A DNA stretch of 51,154 nt from Bacteriovoracaceae bacterium (GCA_046593575.1 JBKJNQ010000152.1:1-51154); one strand, 5' to 3'; positions 18,860 to 29,725 are shown, numbered from the stretch's first letter. Program-made: numbers and translations. Notes: generated by a model not told the origin, from the letters alone.

Positions 18860-20083
18860 TTACTCCTGAACAGCACCGGCCGACATAAAGATCGGTAAGT
18901 ACATCGCGATCAGAACTACCGCAATGATTCCCCCAAGGACTACGAGGATAATCGGCTCAATTAACTTGGTCAGGTTTTGAACGAGTTCTTCGACTTCTTC
19001 CTGAAACACATCAGCGACCTTAATTAACATCTGATCCAGGTTACCAGTCGCCTCTCCCACTTTAATCATCTGAGTAATAAGAGGTGGGAAGTAAGTAATC
19101 CGTTCAAGCGGTTCAGTAATGGACTTCCCCTCGATGACGGCCTGTCTCACTTTTCTTAGGTCCTTAGCGATCTGGGTATTATCAAGAGTATCGATACAAA
19201 TTTCTAGTGAATCAATAATCGGAACGCCGGCAGCGAGCATCGTTGCCAGTGTTCTGGTAAATGCCCCAAGATTTCCTTTGATGACAAGCATGCCGAAGAG
19301 AGGGGCCTTCATGGTAAATTTATCCCACTGGGCCTTACCTTCCGTCGTCTTGATGAAGTTCACAAAAAGAATCGCTCCAGCTACCAATGCTGCAATCAGA
19401 AGAAGTGTGTAGTCCTGGAAGAACTGCGAAATATCCATTACGAGTTGGGTGACAAAGGGAATCGCCTGACCGGAGTCTTTGAGAATATCCACGAACTGCG
19501 GGACTACGAAAGTCATCAAACCAAAGATAACTGCGATACCTACCACAACGACAATAACTGGATATGTAAGCGCTGACTTAACTTGCTTCTTAAGTTTTTC
19601 GGCTTTTTCCAGGAACTCGGCAAGCTTAACAAGAATCGTATCGAGAATACCGGCTGCTTCTCCGGCCTTCACAAGGGCGCAATAAAGTTTATCAAATCCC
19701 TGTTGCTGTGACATGGCATCGAAAAGGGTCTTACCTTCTTCAATCTGCATCGAAATGTTTTTCACAACTTTTTTCAGCACCATATTCTGTTCCTGCTTAT
19801 GGAGAATTTCCATGCATTCAAGAATCGGAACACCTGCATTAATAAGAATGGCGAGCTGACGGGTAAAGCGCATGAGCTCGGCCCTGCCGAAAGGACGGGC
19901 GAGACCTTTCTCAACCATGAACTCGGCGAGATCTACTTCAAAGATAGATGGGGCCGTTATTCGGGTCACACGGATGTTCTGACGACGAAGAAGTTTCTTC
20001 GCATCTTTAATGGAATCGGCATCGACGGTGTTTTCAACCTTCTTACCGTCTCCCGTAAATCCCGCGTACCTGAACTTTGGCAT
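18860..20083 (-). CDS. pilC: type IVa pilus platform protein
   Basis: FTRQLAILINAGVPI, LVKAGEAAGILD, SALTYP and MIKVGEATGNLD (GspF/PilC family). Confidence 0.95.
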   Translation of the reverse strand: MPKFRYAGFTGDGKKVENTVDADSIKDAKKLLRRQNIRVTRITAPSIFEVDLAEFMVEKGLARPFGRAELMRFTRQLAILINAGVPILECMEILHKQEQNMVLKKVVKNISMQIEEGKTLFDAMSQQQGFDKLYCALVKAGEAAGILDTILVKLAEFLEKAEKLKKQVKSALTYPVIVVVVGIAVIFGLMTFVVPQFVDILKDSGQAIPFVTQLVMDISQFFQDYTLLLIAALVAGAILFVNFIKTTEGKAQWDKFTMKAPLFGMLVIKGNLGAFTRTLATMLAAGVPIIDSLEICIDTLDNTQIAKDLRKVRQAVIEGKSITEPLERITYFPPLITQMIKVGEATGNLDQMLIKVADVFQEEVEELVQNLTKLIEPIILVVLGGIIAVVLIAMYLPIFMSAGAVQE

Positions 20084-20084
20084 A

Positions 20085-21230
20085 TTACTTCAGCCTGTTC
20101 TTTGGTTTATTTTCAAGCCCTAACATGCGCGTAAGTTCTTCCGGATTATTTGAATAAGTCAAAGCCGTCTCAGGTGAGATAAGTCCTGAATCAAGTTGCT
20201 TCTTAATATGCTGGTTCATGGTGTTCATACCAGTATCTTCCTGGCCGATCTGCATCTGGGAATAAATCTGGTGAACCTTATCCTCACGAATCAAGTTTCT
20301 GATCGCGGGAGTAATTCGCAGAATTTCCTGAACTAGACAGCGCCCCTTTGGAATTCTTGGAAGCAGCTGCTGGGCAACCACACCCTGAAGAACGAATGAA
20401 AGAAGTGTCCTGATCTGTTCCTGCTGTTCATGCGAGAAAACGTTAATAATACGGTTAATCGTCTGAACTGTTGAGTTCGTGTGAAGTGTTCCGAAGACAA
20501 CGTGACCAGTTTCAGCAATGGTCAATGCAGCTTCAATTGTCTCAGGATCACGAAGCTCACCCACCAGAACAATATCCGGATCCTGTCGGAGAAGAGACTT
20601 AATGCCTTTTGAGAATGAAAGCGTGTCGGCTCCGACTTCACGTTGATTCACGAGCGAAAGCTTATGCTGGTGAACGAATTCAATAGGATCTTCCAGAGTA
20701 ATGATATGTGAAGGCGAGTTGGAATTTAGCTTATCAATAATTGAAGCAAGAGTTGTGGACTTCCCTGAACCAGTAGGACCCGTCACCAGGAAAAGACCGG
20801 AAGAAACGTTCACCATCTCCAGCAGAACCGGAGGAAGACCAAGTGCTTCGTAATCAGGAATTAGACTTGGAATCTGACGGAACACTCCGGCTACTGCGCC
20901 CTTGGAGTAAAAGACGTTCGCACGAAAACGTGCCATGCCTTTAATCCCGAAAGAAAAATCGAGTTCGAGATTCTTTTCAAGCTCAGCTTTTTGTTTTTCA
21001 GTGAGAATCTGATAGATCAGTCGTTTTGTATCATCAGGAGTGAGACTTCCTACTTTCACGCGAACGATATCACCTGAAATTCTCATGCCCGGTGCCGTTC
21101 CCACACTTAAGTGAAGATCGGAGGCGCCGTTATCAACCATAACTTTGAAGAGCTGCTGAATCTGGAGATTTCCGATTCCTTGCTCAGAAGTAGTCTGGGT
21201 TGAGGTCCTAGAATTCGTTTTATCCGACAT
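20085..21230 (-). CDS. pilT: pilus retraction ATPase
   Basis: GASDLHL, GPTGSGKSTT, EDPIEF, RQDPD...GELRD, TLHT and the PilT-specific AIRNLIRE. Confidence 0.96.
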   Translation of the reverse strand: MSDKTNSRTSTQTTSEQGIGNLQIQQLFKVMVDNGASDLHLSVGTAPGMRISGDIVRVKVGSLTPDDTKRLIYQILTEKQKAELEKNLELDFSFGIKGMARFRANVFYSKGAVAGVFRQIPSLIPDYEALGLPPVLLEMVNVSSGLFLVTGPTGSGKSTTLASIIDKLNSNSPSHIITLEDPIEFVHQHKLSLVNQREVGADTLSFSKGIKSLLRQDPDIVLVGELRDPETIEAALTIAETGHVVFGTLHTNSTVQTINRIINVFSHEQQEQIRTLLSFVLQGVVAQQLLPRIPKGRCLVQEILRITPAIRNLIREDKVHQIYSQMQIGQEDTGMNTMNQHIKKQLDSGLISPETALTYSNNPEELTRMLGLENKPKNRLK

Positions 21231-21239
21231 ACATTACTC

Positions 21240-22910
21240 CTAAAGCTGATCCGAAGATGAATTCGAAACCGCTTCTTCCAGAGTCGTAAGACCCTGGGCG
21301 ACTTTCGTTAGGGCACACATTCTCAACGTTTTCATGCCATCTTTGATGGCCTGTTTTTTAATATCATCAGAGGAAGCATTTCTAAGAACAAGCTCCCTGA
21401 TTTTTGGCGTTACCTGAAGAACTTCATAAATGGCGACGCGACCTTTGTAGCCGGTGTTGGCGCAGATATCGCAGCCCTTACCATGGTAGATTTTAATTTT
21501 TTCTGCAGAGGCCGGAGCAAATCCGCAGGCAATAAGTTCATCAATGGTTATTTTCTTTTCTTCACGGCAGTTGATGCATATTTTACGGCATAGACGTTGG
21601 GCAACGATGACGTTCAAGGCCGCAACAACAAGGAATGGTTCAATACCCATGTTCAGCAATCGAGTGATCGTTGCCGGAGCATCGTTCGTGTGAAGAGTTG
21701 AAAGAACAAGGTGACCCGTAAGAGCTGCTTCAACCGCAATCTCTCCGACTTCGAGATCTCTGATCTCTCCCACCATGATGATATCCGGATCCTGGCGGAG
21801 GAAGGATTTCAGCGCCGTCGCAAAAGTCAGTCCGACATCTTTTTTGACGTTGACCTGGTTAATTCCTTCCAGGTTAAACTCGACCGGATCTTCGGCTGTT
21901 GAAATATTATTATCAGGTGTGTTGAGTTCTGCGATTGCCGAGTAAAGCGTCGTTGTTTTACCGGAACCCGTTGGTCCCGTTACGAGGCACATACCGAAAG
22001 GACGATGAATCCCTTCCTTAAAAATATCCAGCTGCTTTTGCTCGAAACCCAGCTTGGTCATATCGAGCTGAAGATTGGTGGCATCAAGAAGTCGAAGTAC
22101 AATTTTTTCTCCGAACAAAGTAGGAAGAGAAGAAACTCGATAATCGATCGGGTTACCGCCGATAATAAGTTTGATACGACCGTCCTGTGGTTTCCGTTTT
22201 TCCGAAATATCCATCTGGGACATAATCTTCAAACGAGAAACAACCGGTGCCATCATGGATTTCGGCGGTTGGGCGACTTCGACGAGAGAGCCATCCATGC
22301 GAAAGCGCACACGGAAAACTCTTTCATACGGTTCAACGTGAATGTCGGAGGCCTTCTTCACGTAAGCTTCAGCAAGCAAGCGGTTATCGAAAGTCACAAC
22401 GTCATCGGAAATATCCTCAGCTTTTAAGGATTCTTCCTGGATAGTCATGTTATTGACTTCCTGAATGTTGTTGATGAGATCGTCGACCGAGTCTTTCACG
22501 TTAGAATAAAGTTTTCTCCAAGAGGAAATATTCGTGAGAATGAATTCCACTTGTTTCTTAAACACATCCTGAAGTTCTTTACTTCCGTCGAGAACAACAC
22601 TTGGATCGAAGGTGGCGAGAGTTACTTTTGTTGCCGTCTTCTGAATGGGAATCGCACGCCATTTAGTGACGTAACGTTTCTTGAGTGATGAAAGAGTGTC
22701 TTGTGGAACTTTGGCGTTACGAAGATCAATGAATGTAATCGCGTAACGTTCGGAGCAAATTTTCGCAAATTTGTTTTCATCAAAGTAAGGCATCGAGAGA
22801 AGTTCAAACTCATTAATTTCATCGTCGCGCCCCATAGAAAGCCGGCGCAACTCTTTTAGAGTCGCCATCCCAGTGGCCGTCACAATATCGATGAACTCTC
22901 TGCGGATCAT
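21240..22910 (-). CDS. pilB: pilus extension ATPase
   Basis: ASDIHVEP, PQDGRI, GPTGSGKTTTLY, LRQDPDIIMVGEIRD and the CINC...CDIC zinc motif. Confidence 0.96.
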   Translation of the reverse strand: MIRREFIDIVTATGMATLKELRRLSMGRDDEINEFELLSMPYFDENKFAKICSERYAITFIDLRNAKVPQDTLSSLKKRYVTKWRAIPIQKTATKVTLATFDPSVVLDGSKELQDVFKKQVEFILTNISSWRKLYSNVKDSVDDLINNIQEVNNMTIQEESLKAEDISDDVVTFDNRLLAEAYVKKASDIHVEPYERVFRVRFRMDGSLVEVAQPPKSMMAPVVSRLKIMSQMDISEKRKPQDGRIKLIIGGNPIDYRVSSLPTLFGEKIVLRLLDATNLQLDMTKLGFEQKQLDIFKEGIHRPFGMCLVTGPTGSGKTTTLYSAIAELNTPDNNISTAEDPVEFNLEGINQVNVKKDVGLTFATALKSFLRQDPDIIMVGEIRDLEVGEIAVEAALTGHLVLSTLHTNDAPATITRLLNMGIEPFLVVAALNVIVAQRLCRKICINCREEKKITIDELIACGFAPASAEKIKIYHGKGCDICANTGYKGRVAIYEVLQVTPKIRELVLRNASSDDIKKQAIKDGMKTLRMCALTKVAQGLTTLEEAVSNSSSDQL

Positions 22911-22972
22911 TTGTTATTAACCTATTAATAGTATGTCTGATTTTTCAGATTATTCAGCACTTAAGTTTAAAC

Positions 22973-23659
22973 TTAAGTGGCTGACCAGAACTCAATGGCT
23001 GCGATGGCCTGAAGGCGAAGCATTTCCTGACCATCGACATAGGTCTTTACCAAAAATGGAAGAGTAGATTGATGTGGTATGAAAGAATAATTGTAGTCCC
23101 AGAAGATGAGATCAGGGTGAAGCTTCCCCCGGAAGACGAAATCCCGCGAACAACAGTTGATAACGACAGTCTGGTTGTCAGAACGCTCGCTGAGATCGAG
23201 CGATTCCATAGCGTCCCCTTTTTTCCGGGAGAATTGCTGGAAAGGGATCTGCAGACTCCGCGCCACCAATAAAGTTACGCGCGCCATGACTCCGCTACCG
23301 AGAATAATGAGATGAAGTTCAGGATGCTCTTTCTTCATCTCTAAAAGAATTTTCTCCACTGCTACCACATCCGTATTCGTTCCATAGATCCCGGATTTTC
23401 TGAATGCAATTGTATTGATCGCCTTTAATTCATTCACAATGGGAGATGTTACAACCACGTCCTGAAAAAAATGTTTTTTATAGGGTGATGTGATGGAGAG
23501 GCCTTCATATTTTTCTGACAGCATCAAAATACCAGGTACCAACAGGGGATCTTCAATTTCAAGAAGGTCATATCTTTCCAGCTTATCACCAAGGAATTCT
23601 CTATAAAGAGCAGGAGAAAGAGAGTGTTCAATGGGAAAACCCAGGAGAGCAAGCTTCAC
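22973..23659 (-). CDS. aroE: shikimate dehydrogenase (short, divergent)
   Basis: GFPIEHSLSP, ITSPYK, AINTI, NTD and LGSGVMAR. GTGA overlap with ribF. Confidence 0.8.
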   Translation of the reverse strand: MKLALLGFPIEHSLSPALYREFLGDKLERYDLLEIEDPLLVPGILMLSEKYEGLSITSPYKKHFFQDVVVTSPIVNELKAINTIAFRKSGIYGTNTDVVAVEKILLEMKKEHPELHLIILGSGVMARVTLLVARSLQIPFQQFSRKKGDAMESLDLSERSDNQTVVINCCSRDFVFRGKLHPDLIFWDYNYSFIPHQSTLPFLVKTYVDGQEMLRLQAIAAIEFWSAT

Positions 23660-24594
23660 GTTTTCAAAACCTGGCGGGCCGTTTCAACGTCAGTGCGTAT
23701 TTGATCAATCAGATCATTCACTGTTGGAAACTTTTTTTCATCACGAAGCTTCGTGATAAATTCAATTTCTAACTGTTCTCCGTATATGTCCGTATCGAAA
23801 TCAAAAATGTTTGTTTCGATGTGGACTTGCCGCCCTTCCTTGAAAGTCGGATTGAAGCCGATATTCGTTACAGATTGATAAGTCATATTCTGATATCTGG
23901 TACGGGTGACATAGACTCCATTCTGAGGAACGATCAGATCAGGGGAGACCTGAATGTTAGCAGTCGGAAAGCCGATTTTTTTCCCGCGACCCTCTCCTTT
24001 GATGACAACACCTTCAAGATGAAAAGTTCTCCCAAGGTATTTCGTCGCTTCATCTACTTTTCCACCGAGAAGTAATTCTCTGATAGAAGTTGAAGACACG
24101 ACTTGGCCTGAGAGCTCGAACTTGGGCTGGATCTCAACGTTAATTCCCCTGGGGCGACAGATCTCCGTCGCAAGATCGTGACCGCCTTGCTTATTCGCAC
24201 CGAAGGCAAAGTCATAACCCAGATAAAAGTTCCGAAGACCCTCATAATTGAAGAGGTGATTCTTCATGAAGGTTTCGGGGGGAAGGGTACTGAAGTCCCT
24301 GGTGAATTTCAACTCGACCAGATAGTTCACGCCTAGAGCAGACAGGAGTTCGCGACGCTTTTCATAACTATTGAGGAGAAATCTTTCTTTCTCAGGTTGC
24401 AGGATTTTCTGAGGATGGGGAATGAAAGTCACAACGACAAATGAAAGATTATTTTTCTGGCATTCAAGGCGAATTTTTTCCAGCAGCTGCCTGTGACCAG
24501 CATGTACGCCATCAAAGTTCCCGATAGTAAGTCCAATCGGGATCGCTTGACCCTGGTCATTTTTAATTTCAGGCAGACTGGTCGTTATTTGCAT
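23656..24594 (-). CDS. ribF: bifunctional riboflavin kinase/FAD synthetase
   Basis: TIGNFDGVHAGH, GYDFAFG, VSSTSIR, GRGKKIGFPTAN and NIGFNPTF. Confidence 0.96.
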   Translation of the reverse strand: MQITTSLPEIKNDQGQAIPIGLTIGNFDGVHAGHRQLLEKIRLECQKNNLSFVVVTFIPHPQKILQPEKERFLLNSYEKRRELLSALGVNYLVELKFTRDFSTLPPETFMKNHLFNYEGLRNFYLGYDFAFGANKQGGHDLATEICRPRGINVEIQPKFELSGQVVSSTSIRELLLGGKVDEATKYLGRTFHLEGVVIKGEGRGKKIGFPTANIQVSPDLIVPQNGVYVTRTRYQNMTYQSVTNIGFNPTFKEGRQVHIETNIFDFDTDIYGEQLEIEFITKLRDEKKFPTVNDLIDQIRTDVETARQVLKT

Positions 24595-26242
24595 TCGTAG
24601 CACTCGCTATGTATCGGCCTAGTTTTTTAAAATATCTTTGTTCGTACTTGTAGGCTTCCCCATTCTTACCAGCGGAATACTTACCTCGATCTGATTGATC
24701 CAAGAGAGAAAGAAAATAAAACTTAGCTTCCTCGTCCAGATCAGATTCCCTGATAATGGCAGCAGGCGATTTCCCTGTCTTGTTTATCAGTGGAGACATC
24801 CACCTGGCAAACTCACCAAATTCGAATTTCCCGGTACGAAACTGAGAAGGAACGAGTACACCCTTTTGGAAACCAGGAAGACCTTTAAATTTGATGACCC
24901 AGGAAAGAGCGATGAGAAGAGAAAGACATGCGAGTGCGGCATTTATGTAAGGAAGAAGTGTTCCCAGGGCAGGAGTGTCATGGAAAATAGGGTCGGTCAG
25001 CTCCTTGGGCTTCTGGAGGATACTTGGTTCTTTTTCTTTTATGTTCGACTGCGGGGATTGCTGGTTCGGCTTCTCTTTAGGGGGCTGTTCGGATCCTCCT
25101 GCAACGACAATTTCAGGAACAGAAAGAGTCTTGGGTACATATTTACCTGAATCTGCGTCGAGGTAACTGAGCACTATCTGAGAAGCAGGGAGTTTGAGAT
25201 TTTCTTTCGGAAGGAAAGTGTAATCAAAAATCTTAGTAGCTAGGTTGGCGTCGGTAATTTTAAGATCGCCATTGGATTCAAATTCTTCCAAACCCGGATG
25301 CTTAACGAGATCAGGTGCTTCAAAGTTTTCTAAAGCCCCGGAACCCGTGACTGTAAGTTTTAGGGCGAGAGGCTCATTTACAATCAAGCGCGTTTGTCCG
25401 AACTCTAGTTCAAAATCATGTTTTCCAACGAGACCTGTAAAGTGTGCTGGAACCGGTTCGGGAATAGGTCTGACTTCCAGGGTAATCGTCTCACTGTTGA
25501 GAGTCCTTGTTTTTAACTCACGACTGAATCCAAATGCGCCGAACGGATCACCCGACCGCGTGACAGGGTAAGTGGCGGATAAGCTCATCGGATCGATTTT
25601 TAGTTCTCCAGCTTTTTCCGGAAATAGTTTTGCCGCATAAATCTGATTACGAAGATAAACCTGTCCATCAACTGACACTCGCTCCGTGCGTTCAGGCTCC
25701 TGGAGAAAGCGCTTCAGGAAATTATTGAGCTTGGGATATTTTTTTACGTCAAGATTCTGAAAGGGAACTTTACTATAAATGTAATACCGAACGATAAGGC
25801 CTTCACCGACGTAGAGTGTTTTCTTCGGCACATCGGCCATGAGGAAAACATCAGCTGCCACTTCTGCCTCTTTCAGAACAGACACGGACATACTGGGATG
25901 GCGTAAGATTTCATTTCCTGTCTGGACCTGAATGTCCCGAAGCCATGCCGTTCCGGCACGAGCACTGACGAGCTCATAAACAATCGTGACTTCCCGGCTC
26001 ACTGTAAGCCGCCCGTTTGCATAAACCGTCCGGGTAGAAACGCCTTGGTTCGATTTACCGACGACTTCAATTCCAGACGGAGAAAAATTGACCGTAGGCT
26101 CTTCCTCTGAATCAGTGAACACCCGGAAGTACGCCTGGAAAACCTCACCTGCCACTGGCTTAGTTGGGTTAAATTCGACCTTAAGCTCGTTCGCGTTTGC
26201 GAGCTGGCTCAATAAAACCAACAAAAAAATTACATATCTCAT
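24569..26242 (-). CDS. batD: BatD-family protein (exported Ig-like domains, C-terminal TM)
   Basis: Signal peptide, LYVGE, LFPEKAGELKI, FTGLVG and LTVTGSG. Last gene of the MoxR/vWA cluster. Confidence 0.8.
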   Translation of the reverse strand: MRYVIFLLVLLSQLANANELKVEFNPTKPVAGEVFQAYFRVFTDSEEEPTVNFSPSGIEVVGKSNQGVSTRTVYANGRLTVSREVTIVYELVSARAGTAWLRDIQVQTGNEILRHPSMSVSVLKEAEVAADVFLMADVPKKTLYVGEGLIVRYYIYSKVPFQNLDVKKYPKLNNFLKRFLQEPERTERVSVDGQVYLRNQIYAAKLFPEKAGELKIDPMSLSATYPVTRSGDPFGAFGFSRELKTRTLNSETITLEVRPIPEPVPAHFTGLVGKHDFELEFGQTRLIVNEPLALKLTVTGSGALENFEAPDLVKHPGLEEFESNGDLKITDANLATKIFDYTFLPKENLKLPASQIVLSYLDADSGKYVPKTLSVPEIVVAGGSEQPPKEKPNQQSPQSNIKEKEPSILQKPKELTDPIFHDTPALGTLLPYINAALACLSLLIALSWVIKFKGLPGFQKGVLVPSQFRTGKFEFGEFARWMSPLINKTGKSPAAIIRESDLDEEAKFYFLSLLDQSDRGKYSAGKNGEAYKYEQRYFKKLGRYIASATNANNDQSA

Positions 26243-28006
26243 CTACCAATCCTTACTGTTTCTCAGCTTTTTCCGGTTTAAGTCCCGCGTTCCTTGCTCA
26301 ATCATTCGCATCTGGAGCTGGCGGTCATCTGACATAAGCTGCTTTAATTTCGGCGCAAGTTTTTTAGGCGGCATTGGCTTAGGCTTACCTTCTTGGGGTT
26401 CACCTTCATCTTTGGGCTTATCTTTTTCTGTATCTTTATCTTCTTCGCCTTCTTTCTTTTCCTGATCTTTTTTCTGTTCGTCTTTTTTCTCGTTACCTTT
26501 CTCGTCTTTAGGATCTTTTCCGGATTGGCCTTGCTTCTGCTTTTCTTCCCCGGATTTACCCTGATTCTGTTGATCACCGCTTTGCTTTTGTTGATCTTTG
26601 TTCTGCTCAGAATCTTTCTTGTCTTTATCCTGTTTCTTTTGCTGGTCTTTCTGCTTCTGAAAGAAACTAAGAGAGTTTTTCTCCATTTTTTCTTTCAGCG
26701 CTTTTTCCTCAGGACTCTGACCAAGATTCTGGTTCAGAGTATCGTAGATGCCAAAGGCTTCCTGGACCCGGCCATTCTGGAGTAGTGCCGTTCCGTAGTT
26801 GAGATAAGCTTCTTTAGGAATGTCGCTACTGACAGCTTCTTTGGGCAGGTTCTCGTCAAAGAGTTCCAAAGCTTCAGCTTTAGCACCCGCGCGGTAAAGT
26901 TCGTCTGCGAGTTTTACCTTTTGCCTTTGATCAAGTTTCCCGTCCTGAAGCTCCTGCATCTTCTTCACAATTGCAGGAGTCAGTTCCACCTTTTCTTCTT
27001 CCGCTCGAACAGTTCCCAAAAGAAGAAATATACTCAGGGTGAAAACGCGCACTGATTTAAAAAGCCATGAAAGTACAAGAAGGATGATGGAAGGAATAAC
27101 AATCCACTCCATCATTACTGGTCTGATCACCATGTCCTGTTTTTCTTCAGATTTTTTTTGCTCTGTCTGGAAAAAGTCGAGGATCTCCTCTGATGGGAGA
27201 GAGTAGGTATTGGCGAGCCAGTATTTAGCCGAAGAAATATCTGAGACCGTTGCCTTGAAAAAATTCTCATTTAACTTGGTCACCACATCCTGGCCTCGGT
27301 CTTTTTTATAACCAAAGCGGAAGCCACGCCCATCATCCAAAGGAATCCGACCACCCTGTGCTGTTCCCACCCCGACGAAGGCCACGTGGACACCATCGGG
27401 AATTTTGAGCTTTACTCCATCAGAAGTTTCTTCTCCATCTGTTAAGACAAGAAGGTTGCCCTGAACGTCTCCGCCCGCTTCAAGGAAATATTGAAGTGAT
27501 TCCTGCACTGCCACGGTGAGTGCGGATGAGCCATACTGATTTCGGAGATTTTTCACGCTATCAAGTCTGGCATCGATAAGATCAAGATCATTCGTGAAAG
27601 GAACAATGGGTTTCTGGATTTCAGCAAAAACAACTACGGCCAGCTGGTGGCCCGCAGCTTTGCGCGCAAAATGTTTGGCTATCAGCGCCGCTTTCTGAAG
27701 ACGGTTTGGCTTCACATCTTCTGCGAGCATACTGGCTGAGGTATCAATGAGAATGATGGTTCGTTGTTTGGGAACAGGAGTTTTCACTCTCTGCTCCGGG
27801 CCTCGGGCATCAAGCAAGCTTAGTAAAAGTCCACCCATGCCGACGATGAAGAAGATACTGGAAATCCAACTAAAAATACTGCGCTTATAAAACCAATAGC
27901 GATGAATGAGTGTGAAGAACTTTCTTTCAAGGTAAATCACAACAAGTACAAGTGCCGCAAAAGCACCTATGAGGAAAGGTAAATACGTCAGGTTGAGAAA
28001 ATTCAT
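26243..28006 (-). CDS. BatB-BatC-like fusion: vWA domain, TPR and a Q/K/E/D-rich tail
   Basis: DTSASMLAEDVKPNRL (MIDAS), LTDGEE, VGTAQGGRIP, TPR YLNYGTAL, a low-complexity tail and a terminal KDW. Confidence 0.8.
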   Translation of the reverse strand: MNFLNLTYLPFLIGAFAALVLVVIYLERKFFTLIHRYWFYKRSIFSWISSIFFIVGMGGLLLSLLDARGPEQRVKTPVPKQRTIILIDTSASMLAEDVKPNRLQKAALIAKHFARKAAGHQLAVVVFAEIQKPIVPFTNDLDLIDARLDSVKNLRNQYGSSALTVAVQESLQYFLEAGGDVQGNLLVLTDGEETSDGVKLKIPDGVHVAFVGVGTAQGGRIPLDDGRGFRFGYKKDRGQDVVTKLNENFFKATVSDISSAKYWLANTYSLPSEEILDFFQTEQKKSEEKQDMVIRPVMMEWIVIPSIILLVLSWLFKSVRVFTLSIFLLLGTVRAEEEKVELTPAIVKKMQELQDGKLDQRQKVKLADELYRAGAKAEALELFDENLPKEAVSSDIPKEAYLNYGTALLQNGRVQEAFGIYDTLNQNLGQSPEEKALKEKMEKNSLSFFQKQKDQQKKQDKDKKDSEQNKDQQKQSGDQQNQGKSGEEKQKQGQSGKDPKDEKGNEKKDEQKKDQEKKEGEEDKDTEKDKPKDEGEPQEGKPKPMPPKKLAPKLKQLMSDDRQLQMRMIEQGTRDLNRKKLRNSKDW

Positions 28007-28980
28007 ACGACATCCTTCATTAGGAGCCGTCTCAGGATCTCAACGGCAAACAGCAGCGAAACTCCAATCATGAGATAGATATAGTATTGTTCATCATAAA
28101 CGATCTGGTGATTGACCTTGATTTCAGTTTTCTCAAGCTTCTGAATATCATCGAGGATTGATTTGAGCGCCCCTTCACTTTTGGCGGGATAAAATCTTCC
28201 GCCAGTAGTGGCAGAGATTTCTTTCAAAGTTTTATAATCAATCCCGCCGCCCGGGATGAGCTGATACTGAGTTCCAAAAATTCCATTTCCAACCGGGATC
28301 TTGGCATCGTTATCTGTACCGAGACCAATTGTGTAAACTTTGATCCCATGTTTCTTCGCCTCTTCAGCGGCCTGAATTGGTGTAAGGGTTCCGACATTGG
28401 CCACACCATCCGTGAGAAGGACGATCACCTTATTTTTCGTTTCAGAATTCACGGCCCTTGCGACAGACAAGGCAAGTCCATCTCCGATATTCGTACCACT
28501 TCCTAGATAGCCAATCGAGATTTCGGAAAGAATCTTATCAACAAGAGTAGGATCAGTTGTGAGGGGAAGGAGGGTCAGAACTTTTTCTGAAAAAATCACA
28601 ACTCCAATTCGATCAGTTGGCCTTAGCCGGGCAAATTCTCGGATGCGTTCTTTTGCAACCTCGAGTCGGTTTGGTTTGATATCTTCAGCGAGCATGGAAC
28701 GGGAAACATCAATACAAAGGATGATGTCATTCACTTCAACACTGGAAGGAGAAAACTTCTGTGGTTTTCTTGGCTGCATGAGTGAATACGAGATGTATCC
28801 CCAGGCGACGACTCCAGCAATAAAAAAAGAAAAACGAAGAAATTTCTTCATCCAATGAAGTCCGCCATCCTGAAGAGGAAAATGAAGTTTGGCCCGCAGA
28901 AAAACTTTCCAGTAATCCAGAGTCCACAAAACTCCGGCGGCAACTCCAACCCAAAGAAAGATTGGGCTCTTAAATTCCAC
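28003..28980 (-). CDS. batA: BatA-family vWA membrane protein
   Basis: DVSRSMLAEDIKPNRL, DRIGVVIF, PLTTD, GTNIGDGL, LLTDG and KVYTIG. Confidence 0.85.
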   Translation of the reverse strand: MEFKSPIFLWVGVAAGVLWTLDYWKVFLRAKLHFPLQDGGLHWMKKFLRFSFFIAGVVAWGYISYSLMQPRKPQKFSPSSVEVNDIILCIDVSRSMLAEDIKPNRLEVAKERIREFARLRPTDRIGVVIFSEKVLTLLPLTTDPTLVDKILSEISIGYLGSGTNIGDGLALSVARAVNSETKNKVIVLLTDGVANVGTLTPIQAAEEAKKHGIKVYTIGLGTDNDAKIPVGNGIFGTQYQLIPGGGIDYKTLKEISATTGGRFYPAKSEGALKSILDDIQKLEKTEIKVNHQIVYDEQYYIYLMIGVSLLFAVEILRRLLMKDVV

Positions 28981-29725
28981 GGAAGCCTCCTTCCGTTTCG
29001 TTTAAAAACTTCTGGTACGCATTCAGGACTTCTGATTTTTCAGCTTCTGACTGTCCTGGCTTAAACTGAATTTTAAATAAGACCTTTTCGAGATCAACAA
29101 AGGAATTCTCTAGATGGGGAAATGTGGACAAGTAGGTATGCTTCTTTTTCCACAAGGTCACGACATCGTCATAAGACCTGCAGTTTTTAATTTCTTCAAC
29201 AATTGCCGCCTTTCGGAGCTTTTCGCGCTTTTTAAAATTGAGCTTTTTCCACAAAACAAAAACCGGATAGGGAATAAAAAGAAGCAAAGTCAGAGCCAGG
29301 ATCCACAGCCAGTTTTGATGAAGGACATCTGGGGCTGAAAAATCGGCCCACAGCATTTCTTTCGGTACCTCTGTGGGGATTACCGTCAGCTGATCCCAGC
29401 TGAGAATGATCTCAGACTCCCCGATTTTCCACTGAAGATTATTACTCTGGGGAACATTAATGAAGATGATCTGAGTTTCCGCTTCGTATTCAGCAGCTCC
29501 TTCTTTCCGGAGCAGGGGAGAAATTTGCTGAACGTAGACTGTCTCGGAAATCGTTTCACCCTTAAGTTTTTGGAGAGGCAGGTTGATGCCAGCAGGTGGA
29601 ACTGTGAGGCGCGCTCGGACCAGGGCACCTTGTTTGACTTCAATTCCAGAAAAAACCAGGCGCAACTGTTCCGCAGACCAGCAGTCTGCGATAAATATTA
29701 TGAATAATAGAACAAACATTCTCAC
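28970..29725 (-). CDS. membrane-anchored hypothetical protein of the MoxR/Bat cluster
   Basis: Signal peptide, beta domain, TM segment and helical C-terminus. Overlaps both neighbours. Confidence 0.65.
   Translation of the reverse strand: MRMFVLLFIIFIADCWSAEQLRLVFSGIEVKQGALVRARLTVPPAGINLPLQKLKGETISETVYVQQISPLLRKEGAAEYEAETQIIFINVPQSNNLQWKIGESEIILSWDQLTVIPTEVPKEMLWADFSAPDVLHQNWLWILALTLLLFIPYPVFVLWKKLNFKKREKLRKAAIVEEIKNCRSYDDVVTLWKKKHTYLSTFPHLENSFVDLEKVLFKIQFKPGQSEAEKSEVLNAYQKFLNETEGGFRGI

Noticed and set aside
26340-26670. Purine/pyrimidine-skewed repetitive tract
   Set aside because: It encodes the Q/K/E/D-rich tail typical of BatB/BatC proteins. It is not a DNA repeat or array.
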